From assembly GCA_964016885.1 (NCBI GenBank), contig OZ024740.1, positions 50,220,001 to 50,284,000 of the forward strand: a stretch of DNA of 64,000 bases. Reading direction: 5' to 3'. This document shows positions 1 to 15,000 of this stretch, piece by piece (positions within the stretch are counted from its first letter, which is position 1; each line of letters starts with the position of its first letter). The notes under the pieces are model-generated. The model ran no database searches. It was given only the letters and a program-made list of their open reading frames with translations, and had not been told where the DNA came from. Both the position numbers and the translations under genes were made by a program. This DNA is from Eledone cirrhosa (taxonomy: Eukaryota).

Positions 1-3000
1 TTCCCTATACCATCTTCCCTACACCAGCTTCCCTACACCATCTTCCCTATACCATCTTCCCTACACCATCTTCCCTATACCATCTTCCTACACCGTCTTC
101 CCTACACCATCTTCCCTATACCAGCTTCCCTATACCATCTTCCCTATACCATCTTCCCTACACCATCTTCCCTACACCATCTTCCCTATACCAGCTTCCC
201 TACACCATCTTCCCTATACCATCTTCCCTACACCAGCTTCCCTACACCAGCTTCCCTGCACCATCTTCCCTATACCAGCTTCCCTACACCATCTTCCCTA
301 CACCATCTTCCTACACCAGCTTCCCTACACCATCTTCCCTACACCAGCTTCACTACACCAGCTTCCCTATACCATCTTCCCTACACCATCTTCCCTACAC
401 CATCTTCCCTATACCACCTTCCCTATACCAGCTTCCCTATACCAGCTTCCCTACACCATCTTCCCTATACCATCTTCCCTGCACCAGCTTCCCTGCACCA
501 TCTTCCCTACACCAGCTTCCCTACACCAGCTTCCCTATACCAGCTTTCCTACACCATCTTCCCTATACCAGCTCCCTACACCATCTTCCCTATACCATCT
601 TCCCTACACCAGCTTCCCTCCACCATCTTCCCTATACCACCTTCCCCACACCAGCTTCCCTATACCATCTTCCCTACACCATCTTCACTATACCATCTTC
701 CCTACACCAGCTTCCCTATACCATCTTCCCTACACCATCTTCCCTACACCATCTTCCCCACACCATCTTCCCTACACCATCTTCCCTACACCAGCTTCAC
801 TACACCTGCTTCCCTACACCAGTTTCCCTACACCAGCTTCCCTACACCAGCTTCCCTACACCAGCTTCCCTACACCATCTTCCCGATACCATCTTCCTAC
901 ACGATCTACCCTATACCATCTTCCTACACCATCTTCCCTACACCATCTTCCCTACACCAGCTTCACCACACCATCTTCCCTATACCATCTTCCCTACACC
1001 AGCTTCCCTACACCATCTTCCCTATACCATCTTCCCTACACCAGCTTCCCTATACCATCTTCCCTATACCATTTTCAGTACACCAGCTTCACTACACCAG
1101 CTTCCCTATACCATCTTCCCTATACCATCTTCCCTATACCATATTCCCTATACCATCTTCCCTATACCATCTTCCCTACACCATCTTCCCTACACCAGCT
1201 TCCCTATACCATCTTCCCTACACCATCTTCCCTACACCAGCTTCCCTCTACCATCTTCCCTATACCATCTTCCCTATACCATCTTCCCTATACCATCTTC
1301 CCTATACCATCTTCCCTACACTAGCTTCCCTATACCATCTTCCCTACACCATCTTCCCTACACCAGCTTCCCTATACCACCTTCCCTACACCATCTTCCC
1401 TACACCATCTTCCCTACACCAGCTTCCCTCTACCATTTTCCCTACACCAGCTTCCCTATACCATCTTCCCTACACCATCTTCCCTACACCATCTTCCCCA
1501 CACCATCTTCCCTACACCATCTTCCCTACACCAGCTTCACTACACCTGCTTCCCTACACCAGCTTCCCTACACCAGCTTCCCTACACCAGCTTCCCTACA
1601 CCAGCTTCCCTACACCATCTTCCCTATACCATCTTCCTACACGATCTACCCTATACCATCTTCCTACACCATCTTCCCTACACCATCTTCCCTACACCAG
1701 CTTCCCTACACCATCTTCCCTATACCATCTTCCCTACACCAGCTTCCCTACACCATCTTCCCTATACCATCTTCCCTACACCAGCTTCCCTATACCATCT
1801 TCCCTATACCATTTTCAGTACACCAGCTTCACTACACCAGCTTCCCTATACCATCTTCCCTATACCATCTTCCCTATACCATCTTCCCTATACCATCTTC
1901 CCTATACCATCTTCCCTACACCATCTTCCCTACACCAGCTTCCCTATACCATCTTCCTTACACCATCTTCCCTACACCAGCTTCCCTACACCATTTTCCC
2001 TATACCATCTTCCCTATACCATCTTCCCTATACCATCTTCCCTATACCATCTTCCCTACACCAGCTTCCCTATACCATCTTCCCTACACCATCTTCCCTA
2101 CACCAGCTTCCCTATACCACCTTCCCTACACCATCTTCCCTACACCAGCTTCCCTCTACCATCTTCCCTACACCATCTTCCCTACACCATCTTCCCTACA
2201 CCAGCTTCCCTATACCATCTTCCCTACACCAGCTTCCCTATACCATCTTCCCTACACCATCTTCCCTACACCTTCTTCCCTACACCATCTTCCCTACACC
2301 ATCTTCCCTACACCATCTTCCCTACACCAGCTTCCCTACACCATCTTCCCTACACCAGCTTCCCTATACCATCTTCCCTACACCATCTTCCCTACACCAG
2401 CTTCCCTATACCATCTTCCCTACACCAGCTTCCCTACACCATCTTCACTACACCAGCTTGCCTACACCATCTTCCCTACACCATATTCCCTACACCATCT
2501 TCCCTACACCATCTTCCCTACACCACCTTCCCTATACCACCTTCCCTACACCAGCTTCCCTATACCATCTTCCCTACACCAGCTTCCCTATACCATCTTC
2601 CCTACACAAGCTTCCCTACACCATCTTCCCTACACCATCTTCCCTACACCATCTTCCCTACACCATCTTCCCTACACCATCTTCCCTACACAAGCTTCTC
2701 TACACCAGCTTCTTTATACCATCTTCCCTATACCAGCTTCCCTACACCATCTTCCCTACACCAGCTTCCCTACACCATCTTCCCTACACCATCTTCCCTA
2801 CACCATCTTCCCTACACCATCTTCCCTACACAAGCTTCTCTACACCAGCTTCTTTATACCATCTTCCCTATACCAGCTTCCCTACACCATCTTCCCTACA
2901 CCAGCTTCCCTATACCATCTTCCCTACACCATCTTCCCTATACCATCTTCCCTACACCATCTTCCCTATACCAGCTTCCCTATACCATCTTCCCTACACC

Positions 3001-6000
3001 ATCTTCCCTACACCATCTTCCCTACACCAGCTTCCCTACACCAGCTTCCCTACACCATCTTCCCTACACCAGCTTCCCTACACCATCTTCCCTACACCAT
3101 CTTCCCTACACCAGCTTCCCTACACCATCTTCCCTACACCAGCTTCCCTACACCATCTTCCCTACACAAGCTTCTCTACAGCAGCTTCTTTATACCATCT
3201 TCCTACACCATCTTCCCTACACCAGCTCCCTATACCATCTTCCCTACACCAGCTTCCCTACACCATCTTCCCTATACCAGCTTCCCTACACCATCTTCCC
3301 TACACCATCTTCCCTACACCATCTTCCCTATACCAGCTTCCCTACACCATCTTCCCTACACCAGCTTCCCTACACCATCTTCCCTATACCAGCTTCCCTA
3401 CACCATCTTCCCTACACCATCTTCCCTACACCAGCTTCCCTGCACCATCTTCCCTACACCATCTTCCCTATACCAGCTTCCCTACACCATCTTCCCTACA
3501 CCATCTTCCCTACACCATCTTCCCTACACCATCTTCCCTATACCATCTTCCCTGCACCATCTTCCCTACACCATCTTCCCTACACCAGCTTCCCTACACC
3601 ATCTTCCCTACACCATCTTCCCTACACCATCTTCCCTATACCAGCTTCCCTACACCATCTTCCCTACACCATCTTCCCTACACCATCTTCCATACACCAG
3701 CTTCCCTACACCATCTTCCCTATACCAGCATCCCTACACCATCTTCCCTACACCATCTTCCCTACACCATCTTCCCTACACCATCTTCCCTACACCATCT
3801 ACCCTACACCATCTTCCCTATACCATCTTCCCTACACCATCTTCCCTATACCATCTTCCCTATACCACCTTCCCTACACCAGCTTCCCTACACCATCTTC
3901 CCTACACCATCTTCCCTACACCATCTTCCCTACACCATTCTCCCTACACCATCTTCCCTACACCATCTTCCCTACACCATCTTCCCTACACCACCTTCCC
4001 TACACCATCTTCCCTATACCATCTTCCCTATACCATCTTCCCTATACCATCTTCCCTACACCAGCTTCCCTACACCATCTTCCCTATACCATCTTCCCTA
4101 CACCATCTTCCCTATACCATCTTCCTACACCGTCTTCCCTACACCATCTTCCCTATACCAGCTTCCCTATACCATCTTCCCTATACCATCTTCCCTACAC
4201 CATCTTCCCTACACCATCTTCCCTATACCAGCTTCCCTACACCATCTTCCCTATACCATCTTCCCTACACCAGCTTCCCTACACCAGCTTCCCTGCACCA
4301 TCTTCCCTATACCAGCTTCCCTACACCATCTTCCCTATACCATCTCCCCTATACCAGCTGCCCTACACCAGCTTCCCTACACCATCTTCCCTATACCATC
4401 TTCCCTATACCATCTTCCCTATACCACCTTCCCTATACCAGCTTCCCTATACCAGCTTCCCTACACCATCTTCCCTATACCATCTTCCCTGCACCAGCTT
4501 CCCTGCACCATCTTCCCTACACCAGCTTCCCTACACCAGCTTCCCTATACCAGCTTTCCTACACCATCTTCCCTATACCAGCTCCCTACACCAGCTTCCC
4601 TCCACCATCTTCCCTATACCACCTTCCCCACACCAGCTTCCCTATACCATCTTCCCTACACCATCTTCACTATACCATCTTCCCTACACCAGCTTCCCTA
4701 TACCATCTTCCCTACACCATCTTCCCTACACCATCTTCCCCACACCATCTTCCCTACACCATCTTCCCTACACCAGCTTCACTACACCTGCTTCCCTACA
4801 CCAGTTTCCCTACACCAGCTTCCCTACACCAGCTTCCCTACACCAGCTTCCCTACACCATCTTCCCTATACCATCTTCCTACACGATCTACCCTATACCA
4901 TCTTCCTACACCATCTTCCCTACACCATCTTCCCTACACCAGCTTCCCTACACCATCTTCCCTATACCATCTTCCCTACACCAGCTTCCCTACACCATCT
5001 TCCCTATACCATCTTCCCTACACCAGCTTCCCTATACCATCTTCCCTATACCATTTTCAGTACACCAGCTTCACTACACCAGCTTCCCTATACCATCTTC
5101 CCTATACCATCTTCCCTATACCATATTCCCTATACCATCTTCCCTATACCATCTTCCCTACACCATCTTCCCTACACCAGCTTCCCTATACCATCTTCCC
5201 TACACCATCTTCCCTACACCAGCTTCCCTACACCATTTTCCCTATACCATCTTCCCTATACCATCTTCCCTATACCATCTTCCCTATACCATCTTCCCTA
5301 CACCAGCTTCCCTATACCATCTTCCCTACACCATCTTCCCTACACCAGCTTCCCTATACCACCTTCCCTACACCATCTTCCCTACACCAGCTTCCCTCTA
5401 CCATCTTCCCTACACCATCTTCCCTACACCATCTTCCCTACACCAGCTTCCCTCTACCATCTTCCCTACACCAACTTCCCTATACCATCTTCCCTACACC
5501 ATCTTCCCTACACCTTCTTCCCTACACCATCTTCCCTACACCATCTTCCCTACACCATCTTCCCTACACCAGCTTCCCTACACCATCTTCCCTACACCAG
5601 CTTCCCTATACCATCTTCCCTACACCATCTTCCCTACACCATCTTCCCCACACCATCTTCCCTACACCATCTTCCCTACACCAGCTTCACTACACCTGCT
5701 TCCCTACACCAGCTTCCCTACACCAGCTTCCCTACACCAGCTTCCCTACACCAGCTTCCCTACACCATCTTCCCTATACCATCTTCCTACACGATCTACC
5801 CTATACCATCTTCCTACACCATCTTCCCTACACCATCTTCCCTACACCAGCTTCCCTACACCATCTTCCCTATACCATCTTCCCTACACCAGCTTCCCTA
5901 CACCATCTTCCCTATACCATCTTCCCTACACCAGCTTCCCTATACCATCTTCCCTATACCATTTTCAGTACACCAGCTTCACTACACCAGCTTCCCTATA

Positions 6001-9000
6001 CCATCTTCCCTATACCATCTTCCCTATACCATCTTCCCTATACCATCTTCCCTATACCATCTTCCCTACACCATCTTCCCTACACCAGCTTCCCTATACC
6101 ATCTTCCCTACACCATCTTCCCTACACCAGCTTCCCTACACCATTTTCCCTATACCATCTTCCCTATACCATCTTCCCTATACCATCTTCCCTATACCAT
6201 CTTCCCTACACCAGCTTCCCTATACCATCTTCCCTACACCATCTTCCCTACACCAGCTTCCCTATACCACCTTCCCTACACCATCTTCCCTACACCAGCT
6301 TCCCTCTACCATCTTCCCTACACCATCTTCCCTACACCATCTTCCCTACACCAGCTTCCCTATACCATCTTCCCTACACCAGCTTCCCTATACCATCTTC
6401 CCTACACCATCTTCCCTACACCTTCTTCCCTACACCATCTTCCCTACACCATCTTCCCTACACCATCTTCCCTACACCAGCTTCCCTACACCATCTTCCC
6501 TACACCAGCTTCCCTATACCATCTTCCCTACACCATCTTCCCTACACCAGCTTCCCTATACCATCTTCCCTACACCAGCTTCCCTACACCATCTTCACTA
6601 CACCAGCTTCCCTACACCATCTTCCCTACACCATCTTCCCTACACCATCTTCCCTACACCATCTTCCCTACACCACCTTCCCTATACCACCTTCCCTACA
6701 CCAGCTTCCCTATACCACCTTCCCTACACCATCTTACCTATACCAGCTTCCCTACACCATCTTCCCTACACCATCTTCCCTACACCATCTTCCCTACACC
6801 ATCTTCCCTACACCATCTTCCCTACACCAGCTTCCCTACACCATCTTCCCTACACCATCTTCCCTACACCATCTTCCCTACACCATCTTCCCTACACCAT
6901 CTTCCCTACACCAGCTTCCCTACACCATCTTCCCTACACCATCTTCCCTACACCATCTTCCCTACACCATCTTCCCTACACAAGCTTCTCTACAACAGCT
7001 TCTTTATACCATCTTCCCTATACCAGCTTCCCTACACCATCTTCCCTACACCAGCTTCCCTATACCATCTTCCCTACACCATCTTCCCTATACCATCTTC
7101 CCTACACCATCTTCCCTATACCAGCTTCCCTATACCATCTTCCCTACACCATCTTCCCTACACCATCTTCCCTACACCAGCTTCCCTACACCAGCTTCCC
7201 TACACCATCTTCCCTACACCAGCTTCCCTACACCATCTTCCCTACACCATCTTCCCTACACCAGCTTCCCTACACCATCTTCCCTACACCAGCTTCCCTA
7301 CACCATCTTCCCTACACAAGCTTCTCTACACCAGCTTCTTTATACCATCTTCCTACACCATCTTCCCTACACCAGCTCCCTATACCATCTTCCCTACACC
7401 AGCTTCCCTACACCATCTTCCCTATACCAGCTTCCCTACACCATCTTCCCTACACCATCTTCCCTACACCATCTTCCCTATACCAGCTTCCCTACACCAT
7501 CTTCCCTACACCAGCTTCCCTACACCATCTTCCCTATACCAGCTTCCCTACACCATCTTCCCTACACCATCTTCCCTACACCAGCTTCCCTGCACCATCT
7601 TCCCTACACCATCTTCCCTATACCAGCTTCCCTACACCATCTTCCCTACACCATCTTCCCTACACCATCTTCCCTACACCATCTTCCCTATACCATCTTC
7701 CCTGCACCATCTTCCCTACACCATCTTCCCTACACCAGCTTCCCTACACCATCTTCCCTACACCATCTTCCCTACACCATCTTCCCTATACCAGCTTCCC
7801 TACACCTCTTCCCTACACCATCTTCCCTACACCATCTTCCATACACCAGCTTCCCTACACCATCTTCCCTATACCAGCATCCCTACACCATCTTCCCTAC
7901 ACCATCTTCCCTACACCATCTTCCCTACACCATCTTCCCTACACCATCTTCCCTACACCAGCTTCCCTATACCATCTTCCCTACACCAGCTTCCCTACAC
8001 CATCTTCCCTATACCAGCTTCCCTACACCATCTTCCCTACACCATCTTCCCTACACCAGCTTCCCTGCACCATCTTCCCTACACCATCTTCCCTATACCA
8101 GCTTCCCTACACCATCTTCCCTACACCAGCTTCCCTACACCATCTTCCCTACACCATCTTCCCTACACCATCTTCCCTACACCATCTTCCCTACACAAGC
8201 TTCTCTACACCAGCTTCTTTATACCATCTTCCCTATACCAGCTTCCCTACACCATCTTCCCTATACCATCTTCCCTATACCATCTTCCCTACACCAGCTT
8301 CCCTATACCATCTTCCCTACACCATCTTCCCTACACCAGCTTCCCTATACCACCTTCCCTACACCATCTTCCCTACACCAGCTTCCCTACACCATCTTCC
8401 CTACACCATCTTCCCTACACCATCTTTCCTACACCAGCTTCCCTATACCATCTTCCCTACACCAACTTCCCTATACCATCTTCCCTACACCATCTTCCCT
8501 ACACCTTCTTCCCTACACCATCTTCCCTACACCATCTTCCCTACACCATCTTCCCTACACCATCTTCCCTACACCATTCTCCCTACACCATCTTCCCTAC
8601 ACCATCTTCCCTACGCCATCTTCCCCACACCATCTTCACTATACCATCTTCCCTACACCAGCTTCACTTCATCTGCTTCCCTACACCAGTTTCCCTACAC
8701 CAGCTTCCCTACACCAGCTTCCCTACACCATCTTCCCTATACCATCTTCCTACACGATCTACCCTATACCATCTTCCTACACCATCTTCCCTACACCATC
8801 TTCCCTACACCAGCTTCCCTACACCATCTTCCCTATACCATCTTCCCTACACCAGCTTCCCTACACCATCTTCCCTATACCATCTTCCCTACACCATCTT
8901 CCCTACACCATCTTCCCTACACCAGCTTCACTACACCTGCTTCCCTACACCAGCTTCCCTACACCAGCTTCCCTACACCATCTTCCCTACACCATCTTCC

Positions 9001-12000
9001 TACACCAGCTTCCCTACACCATCTTCCCTACACCAGCTTCACTACACCAGCTTCCCTATACCATCTTCCCTACACCATCTTCCCTACACCAGCTTCCCTA
9101 CACCATCTACCCTACACCATCTTCCCTATACCATCTTCCCTACACCATCTTCCCTATACCATCTTCCCTATACCACCTTCCCTACAGCAGCTTCCCTATA
9201 CCATCTTCCCTATACCACCTTCCCTACACCAGCTTCCCTACACCATCTTCCCTACACCATCTTCCCTACACCATCTTCCCTACACCATTCTCCCTACACC
9301 ATCTTCCCTACACCATCTTCCCTACACCATCTTCCCTACACCACCTTCCCTACACCATCTTCCCTATACCATCTTCCCTATACCATCTTCCCTACACCAG
9401 CTTCCCTACACCAGCTTCCCTACACCATCTTCCCTATACCATCTTCCCTACACCATCTTCCCTATACCATCTTCCTACACCGTCTTCCCTACACCATCTT
9501 CCCTATACCAGCTTCCCTATACCATCTTCCCTATACCATCTTCCCTACACCATCTTCCCTACACCATCTTCCCTATACCAGCTTCCCTACACCATCTTCC
9601 CTATACCATCTTCCCTACACCAGCTTCCCTACACCAGCTTCCCTGCACCATCTTCCCTATACCAGCTTCCCTACACCATCTTCCCTATACCATCTTCCCT
9701 ATACCAGCTGCCCTACACCAGCTTCCCTACACCATCTTCCCTATACCATCTTCCCTATACCATCTTCCCTATACCACCTTCCCTATACCAGCTTCCCTAC
9801 ACCAGCTTCCCTACACCATCTTCCCTACACCAGCTTCCCTACACCAGCTTCCCTATACCAGCTTCCCTACACCATCTTCCCTATACCATCTTCCCTACAC
9901 CAGCTTCCCTGCACCATCTTCCCTACACCAGCTTCCCTACACCAGCTTCCCTATACCAGCTTTCCTACTCCATCTTCCCTATACCAGCTCCCTACACCAG
10001 CTTCCCTCCACCATCTTCCCTATACCACCTTCCCCACACCAGCTTCCCTATACCATCTTCCCTACACCATCTTCACTATACCATCTTCCCTACACTAGCT
10101 TCCCTATACCATCTTCCCTACACCATCTTCCCTACACCATCTTCCCCACACCATCTTCCCTACACCATCTTCCCTACACCAGCTTCACTACACCTGCTTC
10201 CCTACACCAGTTTCCCTACACCAGCTTCCCTACACCAGCTTCCCTACACCAGCTTCCCTACACCATCTTCCCTATACCATCTTCCTACACGATCTACCCT
10301 ATACCATCTTCCTACACCATCTTCCCTACACCATCTTCCCTACACCAGCTTCCCTACACCATCTTCCCTATACCATCTTCTATACACCAGCTTCCCTACA
10401 CCATCTTCCCTATACCATCTTCCCTACACCAGCTTCCCTATACCATCTTCCCTATACCATTTTCAGTTGACCAGCTTCACTACACCAGCTTCCCTATACC
10501 ATCTTCCCTACACCAGCTTCCCTACACCATCTTCCCTACACCATCTTCCCTACACCAGCTTCCCTATACCATCTTCCCTATACCATCTTCCCTATACCAT
10601 CTTCCCTATACCATCTTCCCTATACCATCTTCCCTACACCATCTTCCCTACACCAGCTTCCCTACACCAGCTTCCCTATACCAGCTTTCCTACTCCATCT
10701 TCCCTATACCAGCTCCCTACACCAGCTTCCCTCCACCATCTTCCCTATACAACCTTCCCCACACCAGCTTCCCTATACCATCTTCCCTACACCATCTTCA
10801 CTATACCATCTTCCCTACACCAGCTTCCCTATACCATCTTCCCTACACCATCTTCCCTACACCATCTTCCCCACACCATCTTCCCTACACCATCTTCCCT
10901 ACACCAGCTTCACTACACCTGCTTCCCTACACCAGTTTCCCTACACCAGCTTCCCTACACCAGCTTCCCTACACCAGCTTCCCTACACCATCTTCCCTAT
11001 ACCATCTTCCTACACGATCTACCCTATACCATCTTCCTACACCATCTTCCCTACACCATCTTCCCTACACCATCTTCCCTACACCATCTTCCCTATACCA
11101 TCTTCTATACACCAGCTTCCCTACACCATCTTCCCTATACCATCTTCCCTACACCAGCTTCCCTATACCATCTTCCCTATACCATTTTCAGTTGACCAGC
11201 TTCACTACACCAGCTTCCCTATACCATCTTCCCTACACCAGCTTCCCTACACCATCTTCCCTACACCATCTTCCCTACACCAGCTTCCCTATACCATCTT
11301 CCCTATACCATCTTCCCTATACCATCTTCCCTATACCATCTTCCCTATACCATCTTCCCTACACCATCTTCCCTACACCAGCTTCCCTATACCATCTTCC
11401 CTACACCATCTTCCCTACACCAGCTTCCCTACACCATTTTCCCTATACCATCTTCCCTATACCATCTTCCCTATACCATCTTCCCTATACCATCTTCCCT
11501 ACACCAGCTTCCCTATACCATCTTCCCTACACCATCTTCCCTACACCAGCTTCCCTATACCACCTTCCCTACACCATCTTCCTTACACCAGCTTCCCTCT
11601 ACCATCTTCCCTACACCATCTTCCCTACACCATCTTCCCTACACCAGCTTCCCTATACGATCTCCCCTACACCATCTTCCCCACACCATCTTCCCTACAC
11701 CATCTTCCCTACACCAGCTTCACTACACCTGCTTCCCTACACCAGTTTCCCTACACCAGCTTCCCTACACCAGCTTCCCTACACCAGCTTCCCTACACCA
11801 TCTTCCCTATACCATCTTCCTACACGATCTACCCTATACCATCTTCCTACACCATCTTCCCTACACCATCTTCCCTACACCAGCTTCCCTACACCATCTT
11901 CCCTATACCATCTTCCCTACACCAGCTTCCCTACACCATCTTCCCTATACCATCTTCCCTACACCAGCTTCCCTATACCATCTTCCCTATACCATTTTCA

Positions 12001-15000
12001 GTTGACCAGCTTCACTACACCAGCTTCCCTATACCATCTTCCCTATATAATCTTCCCTATACCATCTTCCCTATACCATCTTCCCTATACCATCTTCCCT
12101 ACACCATCTTCCCTACACCAGCTTCCCTATACCATCTTCCCTACACCATCTTCCCTACACCAGCTTCCCTACACCATTTTCCCTATACCATCTTCCCTAT
12201 ACCATCTTCCCTATACCATCTTCCCTATACCATCTTCCCTACACCAGCTTCCCTATACCATCTTCCCTACACCATCTTCCCTACACCAGCTTCCCTATAC
12301 CACCTTCCCTACACCATCTTCCCTACACCAGCTTCCCTCTACCATCTTCCCTACACCTCTTCCCTACACCATCTTCCCTACACCAGCTTCCCTATACCAT
12401 CTTCCCTACACCATCTTCCCTACGCCATCTTCCCCACACCATCTTCCCTATACCATCTTCCCTACACCAGCTTCACTACATCTGCTTCCCTACACCAGTT
12501 TCCCTACACCAGCTTCCCTACACCAGCTTCCCTACACCAGCTTCCCTACACCATCTTCCCTATACCATCTTCCTACACGATCTACCCTATACCATCTTCC
12601 TACACCATCTTCCCTACAGCATCTTCCCTACACCAGCTTCCCTACACCATCTTCCCTATACCATCTTCCCTACACCAGCTTCCCTACACCATCTTCCCTA
12701 TACCATCTTCCCTACACCATCTTCCCTACACCATCTTCCCTACACCAGCTTCACTACACCTGCTTCCCTACACCAGCTTCCCTACACCAGCTTCCCTACA
12801 CCATCTTCCCTACACCATCTTCCTACACCAGCTTCCCTACACCATCTTCCCTACACCAGCTTCACTACACCAGCTTCCCTATACCATCTTCCCTACACCA
12901 TCTTCCCTACACCAGCTTCCCTACACCATCTACCCTACACCATCTTCCCTATACCATCTTCCCTACACCATCTTCCCTATACCATCTTCCCTATACCACC
13001 TTCCCTACACCAGCTTCCCTATACCATCTTCCCTATACCACCTTCCCTACACCAGCTTCCCTACACCATCTTCCCTACACCATCTTCCCTACACCATCTT
13101 CCCTACACCATTCTCCCTACACCATCTTCCCTACACCATCTTCCCTACACCATCTTCCCTACACCACCTTCCCTACACCATCTTCCCTATACCATCTTCC
13201 CTATACCATCTTCCCTATACCATCTTCCCTACACCAGCTTCCCTACACCATCTTCCCTATACCATCTTCCCTACACCATCTTCCCTACACCAGCTTCCCT
13301 ACACCAGCTTCCCTGCACCATCTTCCCTATACCAGCTTCCCTACACCATCTTCCCTATACCATCTTCCCTATACCAGCTGCCCTACACCAGCTTCCCTAC
13401 ACCATCTTCCCTATACCATCTTCCCTATACCATCTTCCCTATACCACCTTCCCTATACCACCTTCCCTACACCAGCTTCCCTACACCATCTTCCCTACAC
13501 CAGTTTCCCTACACCAGCTTCCCTATACCAGCTTCCCTACACCATCTTCCCTATACCATCTTCCCTACACCAGCTTCCCTGCACCATCTTCCCTACACCA
13601 GCTTCCCTACACCAGCTTCCCTATACCAGCTTTCCTACACCATCTTCCCTATACCAGCTCCCTACACCAGCTTCCCTCCACCATCTTCCCTATACCACCT
13701 TCCCCACACCAGCTTCCCTATACCATCTTCCCTACACCATCTTCACTATACCATCTTCCCTACACCAGCTTCCCTATACCATCTTCCCTACACCATCTTC
13801 CCTACACCATCTTCCCCACACCATCTTCCCTACACCAGTTTCCCTACACCAGCTTCCCTACACCAGCTTCCCTACACCAGCTTCCCTACACCATCTTCCC
13901 TATACCATCTTCCTACACGATCTACCCTATACCATCTTCCTACACCATCTTCCCTACACCATCTTCCCTACACCAGCTTCCCTACACCATCTTCCCTATA
14001 CCATCTTCCCTACACCAGCTTCCCTACACCATCTTCCCTATACCATCTTCCCTACACCAGCTTCCCTATACCATCTTCCCTATACCATTTTCAGTTGACC
14101 AGCTTCACTACACCAGCTTCCCTATACCATCTTCCCTATACCATCTTCCCTATACCATTTTCCCTATACCATCTTCCCTATACCATCTTCCCTACACCAT
14201 CTTCCCTACACCAGCTTCCCTATACCATCTTCCCTACACCATCTTCCCTACACCAGCTTCCCTACACCATTTTCCCTATACCATCTTCCCTATACCATCT
14301 TCCCTATACCATCTTCCCTATACCATCTTCCCTACACCAGCTTCCCTATACCATCTTCCCCACACCATCTTCCCTACACCAGCTTCCCTATACCACCTTC
14401 CCTACACCATCTTCCCTACACCAGCTTCCCTCTACCATCTTCCCTACACCATCTTCCCTACACCATCTTCCCTACACCAGCTTCCCTATACCATCTTCCC
14501 TACACCAACTTCCCTATACCATCTTCCCTACACCATCTTCCCTACACCTTCTTCCCTACACCATCTTCCCTACACCATCTTCCCTACACCATCTTCCCTA
14601 CACCAGCTTCCCTACACCATCTTCCCTACACCAGCTTCCCTATACCATCTTCCCTACACCATCTTCCCTACACCATCTTCCCCACACCATCTTCCCTACA
14701 CCATCTTCTCTACACCAGCTTCACTACACCTGCTTCCCTACACCAGTTTCCCTACACCAGCTTCCCTACACCAGCTTCCCTACACCAGCTTCCCTACACC
14801 ATCTTCCCAATACCATCTTCCTACACGATCTACCCTATACCATCTTCCTACACCATCTTCCCTACACCATCTTCCCTACACCAGCTTCCCTACACCATCT
14901 TCCCTATACCATCTTCCCTACACCAGCTTCCCTACACCATCTTCCCTATACCATCTTCCCTACACCAGCTTCCCTATACCATCTTCCCTATACCATTTTC